From: an uncultured Actinomycetes bacterium
GTDB taxonomy: Bacteria > Actinomycetota > UBA4738 > HRBIN12
DNA length: 64,000 nt
Direction: 5' to 3'
Assembly: GCA_963816275.1 (NCBI GenBank)
Contig: CAWFJU010000008.1
Coordinates: 78,111 to 142,110 of the forward strand
The notes beneath the pieces are model-generated. The model had not been told where the DNA came from. It did not search any database and was given only the letters and a program-made list of their open reading frames with translations. Positions 42,560 to 51,246 of the stretch are shown one piece after another (the first letter of the stretch is position 1; every line of letters begins with the position of its first letter). A program made the translations under genes and the position numbers.

Positions 42560-43413
42560 CGGGCGAGCACCCCGTCGACGCGCGTCCGGGCCTCGTCGTC
42601 GAGCCGTCCGGCCCGCTCCGCGAGGTCCAAGGCCACGCGGGCCAGCGCGACGTAGGCCGGCACGGCCTCGGGCACGACCTCGGCCACGGCCCGCAGGTTC
42701 CGCTCGACCGTGCCGGCGTCGCCGCGAACGGCAGGCCCGGTGAGCGCCAGGCCGGGACCGAGCCGTGCGAGGTTGTCGAGCGTGGTGCGCTGCAGCGGCT
42801 GCATCGCGTGGACCGGATCGGGCACGCCCGCGGACGCGAACAGGTCCGCGGCGACCGCCGACGCCGCGATCAGGTAGTTCGACGCGAAGACGGCCGCGGC
42901 GTGATAGCGCGCACGCAGGGCGTCGTCGAGCCGGAACGGGACGCCGAGGAGATCGTCGGCGATCCGCTCGGCCAGCCCGTAGCCCTGCTCGTCGTCGGCC
43001 GTCACCGCTACCGCGCAGTCGGGGATCCCATCGATCGCGCTCACGACGTCGGGGAAGGTCTGGAGCGGGTGGATCGCGAGCCGTCCCCCTCCGGCCTCCC
43101 GCACGGTCGCCAGGGCATCGAGTCCGCGCGCGCCCGACAGGTGCGCGACCCATCGCCCGGCGCCCACCGCTCCGGCGCCGGCCAGGGCTTCGGCCGTGGG
43201 TTCGATCAGGTCGTCGGGCACGCCCAGCACGACGAGTTCGGCGGCCTCGGCCGCGGGCGCGGCCTCCAGCACCGGCACGCCGGGCAGGTAACGCGCCGCG
43301 CGGTCACGGGTCGGTCCACGCCCCGACACGGCCACGACGCGGTGTCCGGCGCGTTGGAGCAACACGGCGACGCCCGTGCCGACGCGTCCCGCCCCGACCA
43401 CCGCCACCTTCAT
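42550..43413 (-). CDS. Rossmann-fold oxidoreductase with a DUF2520 C-terminal domain
   Basis: MKVAVVGAGRVGTGVAVLLQRAGHRVVAV...AIHPLQTFP...AAAVFASNYL...LTGPAVRGD... It lies in the conserved position upstream of panC. Confidence 0.75.
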   Translation of the reverse strand: MKVAVVGAGRVGTGVAVLLQRAGHRVVAVSGRGPTRDRAARYLPGVPVLEAAPAAEAAELVVLGVPDDLIEPTAEALAGAGAVGAGRWVAHLSGARGLDALATVREAGGGRLAIHPLQTFPDVVSAIDGIPDCAVAVTADDEQGYGLAERIADDLLGVPFRLDDALRARYHAAAVFASNYLIAASAVAADLFASAGVPDPVHAMQPLQRTTLDNLARLGPGLALTGPAVRGDAGTVERNLRAVAEVVPEAVPAYVALARVALDLAERAGRLDDEARTRVDGVLARWS

Positions 43414-43431
43414 GCGCGCGAGTATCCCAAC

Positions 43432-44709
43432 TCAGGGGATCCAGACGATGGGGCCACTGGGCTGCGGCGCCGACCCGGGCACGTCCAGCGACACGAGCCG
43501 GCTCCCGCGCACGATCGAGATCCCTCGCTCGGACGAGACGAACGCGGTCCCGTCGTCCGCGTAGGCCGCCCACGTGAGCCCGTCGATCGGACCCACGTAC
43601 CGGGGAGGCCGAAGTCCGCCTCCGGGACCGCCGTCGATCTCGAAGAGGCCGCTCCGATCGCCCAGCCTCCCGGCCACGAGCGCGGTGAGGCCATCGTGCG
43701 TCCAGGCCATGATCCGGTCGATCTGGAAGCGATCTCCCCCGCGTCCGTACTGGATCGGTGCCGTGTCGAGGCCGCGGAAGAACAGGGCCGTGCCGAACAC
43801 GCCGGTCGGCGAGCGGTCGCGGTCGATCCGCGCTCCGAGCGGCGCGATCGGCTGCGGGGGCAACGCGGACGCCGGAACGACCAGGAGGTCCCCCGCCGGT
43901 GAGGCGCCGATCATCGCGAAGTCGCGCAGCACGGGATGCACGAGGCCGACGCTCACGTACGCGATGCGCACCTCGTCTCCACGCTCCAGGGTGAAGTACG
44001 TCACGACCCCGGCGCGGCCGACCGACATCAGGTCGCCGCAGAGGTCGTCCGCGAACGGCCGATCGCGCAGACGCGGGAGCAACCGCACGACGGTGACGGA
44101 GATGTGACGCCGGCAGGCGCCCTTCACCGGACTCCGGCCGCCGGCGACGACGCTCGCGCCGTCCGCCCCCCAGTCGATCAGATCGCCCCGCACGAGCGGC
44201 GCCGGGCGCGCTGCCGGCTCCAGGAGCCGCAAGAGGGACGCCTGCAGCTCGGTGGGGGACGACCGCGAGGTCACGCCGATCCAGCCGTCGCCGGCGCCGC
44301 GCGCGTCGACGAGCTCGACCGGATCGGGGACCAGCGGGCCGGGCTCCGCCGTGCCGGCGACGAGGTCCCATCGCCAGAGCCGAGAGGTGCCGTCGCCGAG
44401 ATCTTCCGCGTAGACGACCGTGCCCGACAGGGCGTCGGTGACGGCCTGGGGGGTGATCGAGCGGATCCACAGGAACGCGACGGTGGCGACGATCACCGTG
44501 AGGGTTCCTGCGAGCACGAACGGCGCTCGACGGCGCGACCCGACCACCCCGCCGGTGCCGTCGGCCTCCGAGGCGACCGTCGGCGGCCGCGGCCGCGGTG
44601 AACCCGCCGCTGGCTCCGCCGCCCGATACAGAGTGGTGCCGCACGAAGGACATGTCATGGCGCTGGTCGCGCCTTCCCAGTCGCAGCGGAGACAGACGGC
44701 GACGGCCAC
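43432..44709 (-). CDS. zinc-ribbon - linker - TM - extracytoplasmic (beta-propeller-like?) protein
   Basis: A GTG at 44709 lies 1 nt after the folK stop (the ORF track starts at the ATG at 44757, inside folK). The motif is CLRCDWEGATSAMTCPSCGT, the TM helix is FVLAGTLTVIVATVAFLWI, and the ectodomain is about 340 aa. Confidence 0.65.
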   Translation of the reverse strand: MAVAVCLRCDWEGATSAMTCPSCGTTLYRAAEPAAGSPRPRPPTVASEADGTGGVVGSRRRAPFVLAGTLTVIVATVAFLWIRSITPQAVTDALSGTVVYAEDLGDGTSRLWRWDLVAGTAEPGPLVPDPVELVDARGAGDGWIGVTSRSSPTELQASLLRLLEPAARPAPLVRGDLIDWGADGASVVAGGRSPVKGACRRHISVTVVRLLPRLRDRPFADDLCGDLMSVGRAGVVTYFTLERGDEVRIAYVSVGLVHPVLRDFAMIGASPAGDLLVVPASALPPQPIAPLGARIDRDRSPTGVFGTALFFRGLDTAPIQYGRGGDRFQIDRIMAWTHDGLTALVAGRLGDRSGLFEIDGGPGGGLRPPRYVGPIDGLTWAAYADDGTAFVSSERGISIVRGSRLVSLDVPGSAPQPSGPIVWIP

Positions 44710-44710
44710 G

Positions 44711-45208
44711 TCAGCTCCGGAGCGGCGGTGCGACCGGACGCACGCCGCCGACCGCATCGGGACCGAGTGGGAGGTCGAGCACCCGCGTTCCGTCCGACAG
44801 GATCGGGTCGGCGTCGAGATCCAGCAGCGGCATCAGCACGAAGGCGCGTTCGGTCATGCGGGGGTGCGGAACGATCAAGTGCGGGTCGTCCGAGACGTAC
44901 CCGTCGATCGTGAGGACGTCGATGTCGATCGTCCTGGGTCCCCACCGCACGTCACGCACCCGGTCGAGCGCGGCCTCGACGTCGTTGCACGCGGCGAGCA
45001 GCTCGTCCGGCGCCAGCGAGGCCTCGATCCGCAGGACCACGTTCAGGAAGTCCGACTGCGGCGGTCCGCCGACCGGATCCGTCTCCCACACCCGTGAACA
45101 CGCCACGACCTCGATCCCCGGCGTCGCGCCGAGCAGGTCCGCCGCGCGCTGCAGCGTCGCGAGCCGGTCCCCGAGGTTCGACCCCAGTCCGAGGTAGGCG
45201 CCCGTCAC
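44711..45208 (-). CDS. folK: 2-amino-4-hydroxy-6-hydroxymethyldihydropteridine diphosphokinase
   Basis: MTGAYLGLGSNLGDRLATLQRA...SRVWETDPVGGPPQSDFLNVV...RWGPRTIDIDVL...PHPRMTERAFVL.PL. Confidence 0.92.
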   Translation of the reverse strand: MTGAYLGLGSNLGDRLATLQRAADLLGATPGIEVVACSRVWETDPVGGPPQSDFLNVVLRIEASLAPDELLAACNDVEAALDRVRDVRWGPRTIDIDVLTIDGYVSDDPHLIVPHPRMTERAFVLMPLLDLDADPILSDGTRVLDLPLGPDAVGGVRPVAPPLRS

Positions 45209-45211
45209 GCG

Positions 45212-45562
45212 CTACCCCGGGAGTGTGACGGTGGCGCTGACGCCGTCGATGTCGAGGCGCGTCGCCGCGTTCGGCTTGTGGACGATCGCGGTGACCTTCA
45301 CGACGTGCGGCAACGTCAGCACCGCCGCCGCGATCTCCGCGGCCATCGCCTCGATCAGGTCGAACGATCGGTCCACGATCACGGCCCGCACGGCCTCGCT
45401 CACCCCGCGGTAGTCCGCGGTGGCATCGATGTCGTCGGCGGCCACGTCGACGTCGAGCTCCAGGTCCACGACGAACGGCTGCGGGCGGTCCTGCTCGCCG
45501 GGACGCGCACCGTGGTGCCCCTCGGCGCGGATCCCGGTCAGCTGCAGGCGGGCGACGGTCAT
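45212..45562 (-). CDS. folB: dihydroneopterin aldolase
   Basis: MTVARLQLTGIRAEGHHGARPGEQDRPQPFVVDLELDVDV...DYRGVSEAVRAVI...DLIEAMAAEIAAAVL; 116 aa. The ATG overlaps the upstream stop (ATGA). Confidence 0.88.
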   Translation of the reverse strand: MTVARLQLTGIRAEGHHGARPGEQDRPQPFVVDLELDVDVAADDIDATADYRGVSEAVRAVIVDRSFDLIEAMAAEIAAAVLTLPHVVKVTAIVHKPNAATRLDIDGVSATVTLPG

Positions 45563-46578
45563 CGCTCGGCGCCTTCCCCGATCTCCTGGTCGGCGGGGTC
45601 GGGCACGCGTGGTTCCGCACCCTGGGCGTCGAACCAGTCGTCGGCTTCGGCCTCCGCGAGGTCGACCCACGGGGGACGACGTTCGAGCTGCAACATCACG
45701 ACCCCGCTCGTGTCGCCGTGGCCGTGGGGCGCGTGCAGCCACCGTGCCCGCAGGTACTCCGAGATCAGCGGCCCGATCGTGTCGGCCGCCTCGTCGACGA
45801 TCAGATGGCCGCAGCCGGGGAGGAGCCCGAGCGTCGACGACGGCATCGCCTCGTTCAGACGCTCACCGACGATCGCCGGGAAGCACGGGTCGTCCTCACC
45901 CCAGAGGATCAGCACGGGGAACGCGATCTGTGCGAGATCTCCCTCGCGGCCCACCAGACCTTCGCCGTCGATCGCCGCGAGCGCGCGCTCGTAGGCCTCG
46001 GGCGCATCGGCGAACGGCGCGACGTACGCCTCGATCACCGACTCGGGGATCCGGCTCGCAGAACCGGCGGCCGTCACGATGCCGGTGCGGACGGCCGCCA
46101 CGTGTTCCGCGTCGTCCTGCGGAGGCCGGGGCACGCGCCGTTGAGCGGCCCGCGTGGGCTCCGACGGCCACGCGTCGAACGCGGCGGCATCGAGCAACAC
46201 CATCGCCTCGACGTCGTCGCCGTCGAGGGCGAGGAGCTGCGCGATGCCGCCGCCACACCCGTGACCGACCACGGCGTAGCGCCCGACACCCAGCGCGCCC
46301 AGGAGCTCGCGGACGTATCCGGCTTGGGCGCGGATGTCCAGCGGCACGCCCTCCGGCTGCTCGGAGTCACCGGACCCGAGCAGATCGGGCGCGATCACAC
46401 GGAACCGCGTCGAGAACAGCGGGATGAGCTCGCGCCACTCGTAGCTCCACAGCGGGAACCCGTGGAGGAGGAGGAGGACCGGTCCTTCACCGGCGTCGGT
46501 GTACGCGATCTCTCCCCCCGACGTCCGGAACCGAGCGCGCGACCCGAGCGATCCCGTGTACCCGGCGAGGTCGCTCAC
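45559..46578 (-). CDS. alpha/beta-hydrolase-fold protein (epoxide hydrolase / haloalkane dehalogenase-like) with an atypical nucleophile elbow and a C-terminal extension
   Basis: A GTG at 46578 overlaps the folP stop (GTGA). The oxyanion motif is LLLLHGFPLWSYEWR. The elbow reads VVGHGCGGG where GHDWGG or GHSMGG is expected. A His is present in GCGHLIVDE, and an extra acidic tail of about 70 aa follows. Confidence 0.75.
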   Translation of the reverse strand: MSDLAGYTGSLGSRARFRTSGGEIAYTDAGEGPVLLLLHGFPLWSYEWRELIPLFSTRFRVIAPDLLGSGDSEQPEGVPLDIRAQAGYVRELLGALGVGRYAVVGHGCGGGIAQLLALDGDDVEAMVLLDAAAFDAWPSEPTRAAQRRVPRPPQDDAEHVAAVRTGIVTAAGSASRIPESVIEAYVAPFADAPEAYERALAAIDGEGLVGREGDLAQIAFPVLILWGEDDPCFPAIVGERLNEAMPSSTLGLLPGCGHLIVDEAADTIGPLISEYLRARWLHAPHGHGDTSGVVMLQLERRPPWVDLAEAEADDWFDAQGAEPRVPDPADQEIGEGAER

Positions 46579-47438
46579 GCGCGCGCTCCCCGCGCGATCG
46601 CGTCGACGACCTTCACGACCCGGGCCATGTCCTTCACGTCGTGCACGCGCACGACGTCGACGCCTTGGGCGGCGCACCACGCGACGGCGCCGGCGGTGCC
46701 CTCGACCCGCTCGGCAGGGTCGTCGACGCCGCTCAGCTCCCCGATGAACCGCTTGCGACTCGCGCCGACCAGCACGGGCACGTCGAGCCCCCGGAACGAC
46801 GCGATGTCCCGCAGCAGTGCCAGGTTGTGCGCGGTCGTCTTCCCGAAGCCGATCCCGGGGTCGACGCAGAGCCGGTCGCGGGGGACGCCGGCGGCAACGG
46901 CCGCCTCGATCCGCTCCGCGAGGAAGACGCGCACCTCGCCGACGACGTCGTCGTAGGTGGGATCGGTCTGCATCGTCTGCGGCTCGCCCTGCATGTGCAT
47001 CAGCACGAGCCCGGCGCCGGACACCCGCACCGCATCGATCGTGCCCGGGTCCGACGCCCCGGTGACGTCGTTCACGATATCGGCGCCTGCTGCGAGCGCC
47101 GCGCGAGCGACCTGGGGGTGGCGCGTGTCGACGCTGATCGCGAGGTCGGGCACCTCGGGGCGCAGGCGCTCGATCACGGGCACCACGCGGGCCGCCTCCT
47201 CGTCGAGCGAGACCGGCTCGGCCCCCGGGCGGGTCGATTCGCCGCCCACGTCGAGGATGTCGGCCCCGTCGGCCGCGAGCTGCATCGCGTGCTTCACGGC
47301 GTCATCGGTGTGCAGGAAGCGTCCCCCGTCGCTGAACGAGTCGGGGGTGACGTTCACGACGCCCATCAGGAGGGTGCGTTCACCCAGCGTGAGGACGTGG
47401 TCGCGGCAGCGCCAGACGGCCTCGGTCATGGCGACCAT
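46575..47438 (-). CDS. folP: dihydropteroate synthase
   Basis: MVAMTEAVWRC...LLMGVVNVTPDSFSDGG...ADILDVGGESTRPGA...VDTRHPQVA...IVNDVTG...DPGIGFGKT...GASRKRF. Confidence 0.93.
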   Translation of the reverse strand: MVAMTEAVWRCRDHVLTLGERTLLMGVVNVTPDSFSDGGRFLHTDDAVKHAMQLAADGADILDVGGESTRPGAEPVSLDEEAARVVPVIERLRPEVPDLAISVDTRHPQVARAALAAGADIVNDVTGASDPGTIDAVRVSGAGLVLMHMQGEPQTMQTDPTYDDVVGEVRVFLAERIEAAVAAGVPRDRLCVDPGIGFGKTTAHNLALLRDIASFRGLDVPVLVGASRKRFIGELSGVDDPAERVEGTAGAVAWCAAQGVDVVRVHDVKDMARVVKVVDAIARGARA

Positions 47439-47464
47439 CGTAGCGGCGGCCGGCGGAAGGCTCC

Positions 47465-48043
47465 TCAGCGCGCGCCGATGTGGTTCATGGCTTCCTGGCG
47501 GGTACGCGCGTCCGTGCGGAACAGCCCGCGCACCGCCGAGGTCACCGTGACGGCGCCGGGCTTCTTGATCCCGCGCATCGTCATGCACAGGTGCTCGGCC
47601 TCGATCACGACGAAGACGCCGCGGGGATCGAGCGCCCGCTCGATCGTTTCGGCGATCTCGGTCGTGAGCCGCTCCTGCACCTGGGGCTTCTTGGCGAGCA
47701 CGTCGACGACGCGCGCGATCTTGGACAGGCCCGTGATCTCGTGCTGCTTGTTCGGCACGTACGCCACGTGCGCCTTCCCGGTGAACGGCACCAAGTGGTG
47801 CTCGCAGATCGACGTGAGCGGGATGTCGCGCACCATGATCATCTCGTCGAAGTCCGCGCCCTCGACGACGGTCACGATGTCGGTGGCGTCGACGCCGACG
47901 CCCGCGCAGATCTCCTCGAACATCCGCGCGACCCGCGCCGGCGTGTCCTTCAGCCCGCCGCGATCCGGGTCCTCCCCGATGCCTTCGAGCAGCAGGCGAA
48001 TGCCCGCCTCGATCTTCCCGTGGTCGAACCCCTCAGCCGTCAC
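47465..48043 (-). CDS. folE: GTP cyclohydrolase I
   Basis: 192 aa: ...[13 protein letters not shown]...[30 protein letters not shown]...[21 protein letters not shown]...[14 protein letters not shown]. Confidence 0.95.
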   Translation of the reverse strand: MTAEGFDHGKIEAGIRLLLEGIGEDPDRGGLKDTPARVARMFEEICAGVGVDATDIVTVVEGADFDEMIMVRDIPLTSICEHHLVPFTGKAHVAYVPNKQHEITGLSKIARVVDVLAKKPQVQERLTTEIAETIERALDPRGVFVVIEAEHLCMTMRGIKKPGAVTVTSAVRGLFRTDARTRQEAMNHIGAR

Positions 48044-48052
48044 GCTCGAATC

Positions 48053-48715
48053 CTACGCGGGAACGAGCCGATCCAGGGTGTCGGCGAGCGCCGCCAGGTC
48101 CGTCAGCTCGCCCGCACGCGGCAACTCGCTGGCCTCGTCCTGCCGGTTGATCCACACGCACGGCAGGCCGAGCTTCGCGCACGGCTCCACGTCGTGGAAG
48201 AGCGACGCCGCCACGTGGACGTGCCCGCTGCGACCCGCCCCCGTCTCGCGGAAGAACGATTCCCAATGGCCGAAGGCCGGCTTGTAGCTGCCGATGTCCG
48301 ACGCCACGATGCGCAGGTCGACCGGGACGCCGATCGCGAGCAGCGATGCGTCGAGCAGGTCGGCGTCGGTGTTCGACAGGATCGCGAGCTTCCATCCACG
48401 GGCCCGGAGCTCGGTGAGACCCGGAGGTACGTCGGGGAAGACCGGCCACGCGGGGAGCGACACCGCGAAGGCGTCCCCTTCGTCATCGGGGAGCGCGAGT
48501 CCGCGGTCGGCTGCGATCCCGGCGAGCGTCTCCGCCATCACCTGGCGGTAGGGGATCCCCCGGCCCGCCTGCACCTCGGGCTCGATCCGGTGATAGGCGG
48601 CCGCGAGCGCGTCGACATCCTCATGGGGCCACACCCTCGCGAGCGTCGTGCGGATCCCGCCCAGCCAGTCCACGAGGGTTCCGTAGCAGTCGAAGGTCGC
48701 CCAGCGGTCACGCAT
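48053..48715 (-). CDS. HAD-superfamily hydrolase (type II haloacid dehalogenase-like)
   Basis: MRDRWATFDCYGTLVDW carries motif I (DxYGTL). ILSNTD, SYKP and the downstream acidic motifs are also present. 220 aa, intact. Confidence 0.75.
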   Translation of the reverse strand: MRDRWATFDCYGTLVDWLGGIRTTLARVWPHEDVDALAAAYHRIEPEVQAGRGIPYRQVMAETLAGIAADRGLALPDDEGDAFAVSLPAWPVFPDVPPGLTELRARGWKLAILSNTDADLLDASLLAIGVPVDLRIVASDIGSYKPAFGHWESFFRETGAGRSGHVHVAASLFHDVEPCAKLGLPCVWINRQDEASELPRAGELTDLAALADTLDRLVPA

Positions 48716-48757
48716 GCCGCGAGTCTACGAGAGGAGGGCGTGCCGACCGCTGCGCGG

Positions 48758-50647
48758 TTACGCCGGCGCGAGCCCGGGTCCGCCGATCGGTGGGCGGGCG
48801 GGCGTCTCGTTCGGGTCGGGACGTTGGTGGCGGGTGACCGCGAGGCCGGCCGACCGCACCTCGTGCGTGCGCGGCTGCCGTTTCGGCACGTCGGCGAAGA
48901 ACACGACGACCTCTTCGCGGTCGAGCGTCTCGTGCTCGATCAGCTGGTCGGCGAGCGCGTCGAGCTTGGCGCGGTGCTCGGTGAGGATGTCGAGCGCGAC
49001 GTCGTGCGCCTCGTCGATCAGGAAGCGGACCTCGGTGTCGATCTCGAGCGCGACCGCATCGGAGTAGTCGGGGGTGGAGCCCCAATCCCGGCCGAGGAAG
49101 ACCTCGCCCTGCTTCTGACCGAGCGTGCGCGGTCCGATCGTGTCGGACATCCCGTACTCGGTCACCATCTGCCGGGCAACTTTGGTCGCGCGCTCGATGT
49201 CGTTCCCGGCGCCCGTCGTGATGTCGCCCGCCACGATCTCCTCCGCGACGCGCCCGCCCATCAGCATCGCGAGCTCGTCGCGGAGCTGCTCCCGCGTCAT
49301 CAGGAACTTGTCCTGTTCGGGCAGCGTGAGGGTGTAGCCGAGCGCCCGGCCGCGAGGGATCACGGTGATCTTGTGGACCTCGTCGGTGTTCGGGAGCACA
49401 TGGCCGACCAGCGCATGGCCGCCCTCGTGGTACGCGATCAGCCGGCGCTCCTCCTCGTCCATGATCCGGGTCTTGCGCTCGGGTCCCGCCATCACGCGGT
49501 CGACGGCCTCCTCGATCTCCTTCATCGAGATCGCTCGCTTGCTCCGTCGCGCCGCGAGCAGGGCGCCCTCGTTGATCACGTTCGCCAGGTCGGCGCCGGT
49601 GAAGCCCGGCGTGCGCCGCGCGAGCACCGAGAGGTCGACGGTCCGGTCGAAGGGCTTGCCCCGCGCGTGGACCTTCAGGATCGCCTTGCGCCCCTCGAGG
49701 TCGGGCCGGTCGATCACGACCTGTCGGTCGAACCGGCCGGGCCGCAGCAGGGCCGGATCCAGGATGTCGGGACGGTTCGTGGCCGCCATCAGGATCACCG
49801 TGGACCGCTGATCGAACCCGTCCATCTCCACCAGCAGCTGGTTCAGGGTCTGCTCACGCTCGTCATGCCCGCCGCCGAGCCCGGCACCACGGTGGCGACC
49901 CACCGCGTCGATCTCGTCGATGAAGACGATCGCGGGCGCGCTGGCCTTCGCCTGCTCGAACAGGTCTCGGACCCGTGCCGCGCCGACGCCCACGAACATC
50001 TCGACGAAGTCGGAGCCACTGATCGTGAAGAAGGGGACGCCCGCCTCGCCGGCCACCGCGCGCGCGAGGAGCGTCTTGCCGGTCCCGGGCGGGCCGAAGA
50101 GGAGCACGCCCCGGGGGATCTTCGCCCCCATGGCCTGGAACTTCGCCGGGTTCTGGAGGTACTCCTTGACCTCCTCGAGCTCCTCGATCGCCTCGTCGAC
50201 GCCGGCGACGTCGGCGAAGGTCGTCTTCGGCTGATCCTTGGCCACCGTCTTGTGCTTGCTCCGCCCGAACTGCATCACGCGTCCGCCTCCGCCCTGCGAG
50301 CGGTTCATCACGAACAGGAGGATCCCGCCGATCAGCAGCACCGGCAGGAACACGGTGATGATCGTCGAGAGCAACTCGTTGGGCTTCTGCGGGTCGTTCT
50401 CGACCGAGATGCCGGCCTTGTCGAGCTCTGCGACGAGCTCGTCGCCGTACTCGGCCACGTAGGTCGTGCGGTACTCGGTGCCGTCGGTGAGTTGACCCGT
50501 GACGGCCTGCTCACCCTCGAGGATCTTCGCGGTCTTGACCTCGCCGGCCTGCACCTTCTGCTGGAACTCCGAGAATGAGATCTCGTCCGGGTTCGGGGAT
50601 TGGCCGATGAACGAGAGCACCAGCAGGAACACCAGGGTTCCCAGCAC
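48758..50647 (-). CDS. ftsH: ATP-dependent zinc metalloprotease FtsH (N-terminus probably extends to about 50741; see findings)
   Basis: 629-aa ORF with Walker A ([18 protein letters not shown]), the SRH region and the HEGGHAL zinc site. The first annotated residues lie in the middle of TM1. Confidence 0.95.
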   Translation of the reverse strand: MLGTLVFLLVLSFIGQSPNPDEISFSEFQQKVQAGEVKTAKILEGEQAVTGQLTDGTEYRTTYVAEYGDELVAELDKAGISVENDPQKPNELLSTIITVFLPVLLIGGILLFVMNRSQGGGGRVMQFGRSKHKTVAKDQPKTTFADVAGVDEAIEELEEVKEYLQNPAKFQAMGAKIPRGVLLFGPPGTGKTLLARAVAGEAGVPFFTISGSDFVEMFVGVGAARVRDLFEQAKASAPAIVFIDEIDAVGRHRGAGLGGGHDEREQTLNQLLVEMDGFDQRSTVILMAATNRPDILDPALLRPGRFDRQVVIDRPDLEGRKAILKVHARGKPFDRTVDLSVLARRTPGFTGADLANVINEGALLAARRSKRAISMKEIEEAVDRVMAGPERKTRIMDEEERRLIAYHEGGHALVGHVLPNTDEVHKITVIPRGRALGYTLTLPEQDKFLMTREQLRDELAMLMGGRVAEEIVAGDITTGAGNDIERATKVARQMVTEYGMSDTIGPRTLGQKQGEVFLGRDWGSTPDYSDAVALEIDTEVRFLIDEAHDVALDILTEHRAKLDALADQLIEHETLDREEVVVFFADVPKRQPRTHEVRSAGLAVTRHQRPDPNETPARPPIGGPGLAPA

Positions 50648-50812
50648 GATCCAGAGCGTGGGCGTGCGGGTCAGGCGCTTGAGCGGGGGCTCGTTCGGTA
50701 CCTGGCTCAGTGTCGGCTCCTCGCGCGGACGTGAGATGCATCGAGCCGCGGCGCGACGCGCGCCCGGCCCGTCGACGATGGTAGCACCGGGCCCCGACCG
50801 CGAAGGCCGGGG

Positions 50813-51193
50813 TCAGCGGATGCCGGTGTCGACCGTGAGCGTGACCTCGGCGTACCCCTGCCCGGGCACCTCGACCGTGACCGGCGAGGAGGTCGCGGGG
50901 CCTGTCACCTCGGCCTCGACCCGGTAGGTGCCGGGCTCGATCGCGATCGAGAACCGGCCGTCGTTGAACGTCGTGATCTCGAGGTCGACGGCGTCGCCGC
51001 CGGTGATGTGGATCCTGCCGTTCCAGGGGGCGTCGGGGCAGGGCGACCCCGCCTGCAGGACCGGGCACTGCGGTCCGGCGGTCACGGACCCGTGGATCCC
51101 GGAATCGGAGGGTGACGGCGGATCACCCGACCCGTTCCCCCCGCATGCCGCGAGGGCGAGGACGAGAACGAGGGGGGCGAGGATCCGACGCAT
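50813..51193 (-). CDS. lipoprotein with a carboxypeptidase-regulatory-like beta-sandwich domain
   Basis: MRRILAPLVLVLALAACGGNG carries a lipobox. It continues GIHGSVTAGPQCP...FNDGRFSIAIEPGTYRVEAEV... Confidence 0.65.
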   Translation of the reverse strand: MRRILAPLVLVLALAACGGNGSGDPPSPSDSGIHGSVTAGPQCPVLQAGSPCPDAPWNGRIHITGGDAVDLEITTFNDGRFSIAIEPGTYRVEAEVTGPATSSPVTVEVPGQGYAEVTLTVDTGIR

Positions 51194-51246
51194 GTCGCTC
51201 GGACGTGCGAGACGACGGCCGAGGTTCCCGCCGTCGCGGATCGAGC

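Noticed and set aside
43304-44653. A 449-aa Arg-rich minus-strand ORF overlapping the zinc-ribbon membrane protein gene in another frame, along with similar Arg/Pro-rich ORFs across 41-46 kb.
   Set aside because: These are alternative-frame artefacts of GC-rich coding sequence. The frame chosen for each annotated gene gives globular, motif-bearing proteins with the expected GC3 bias.
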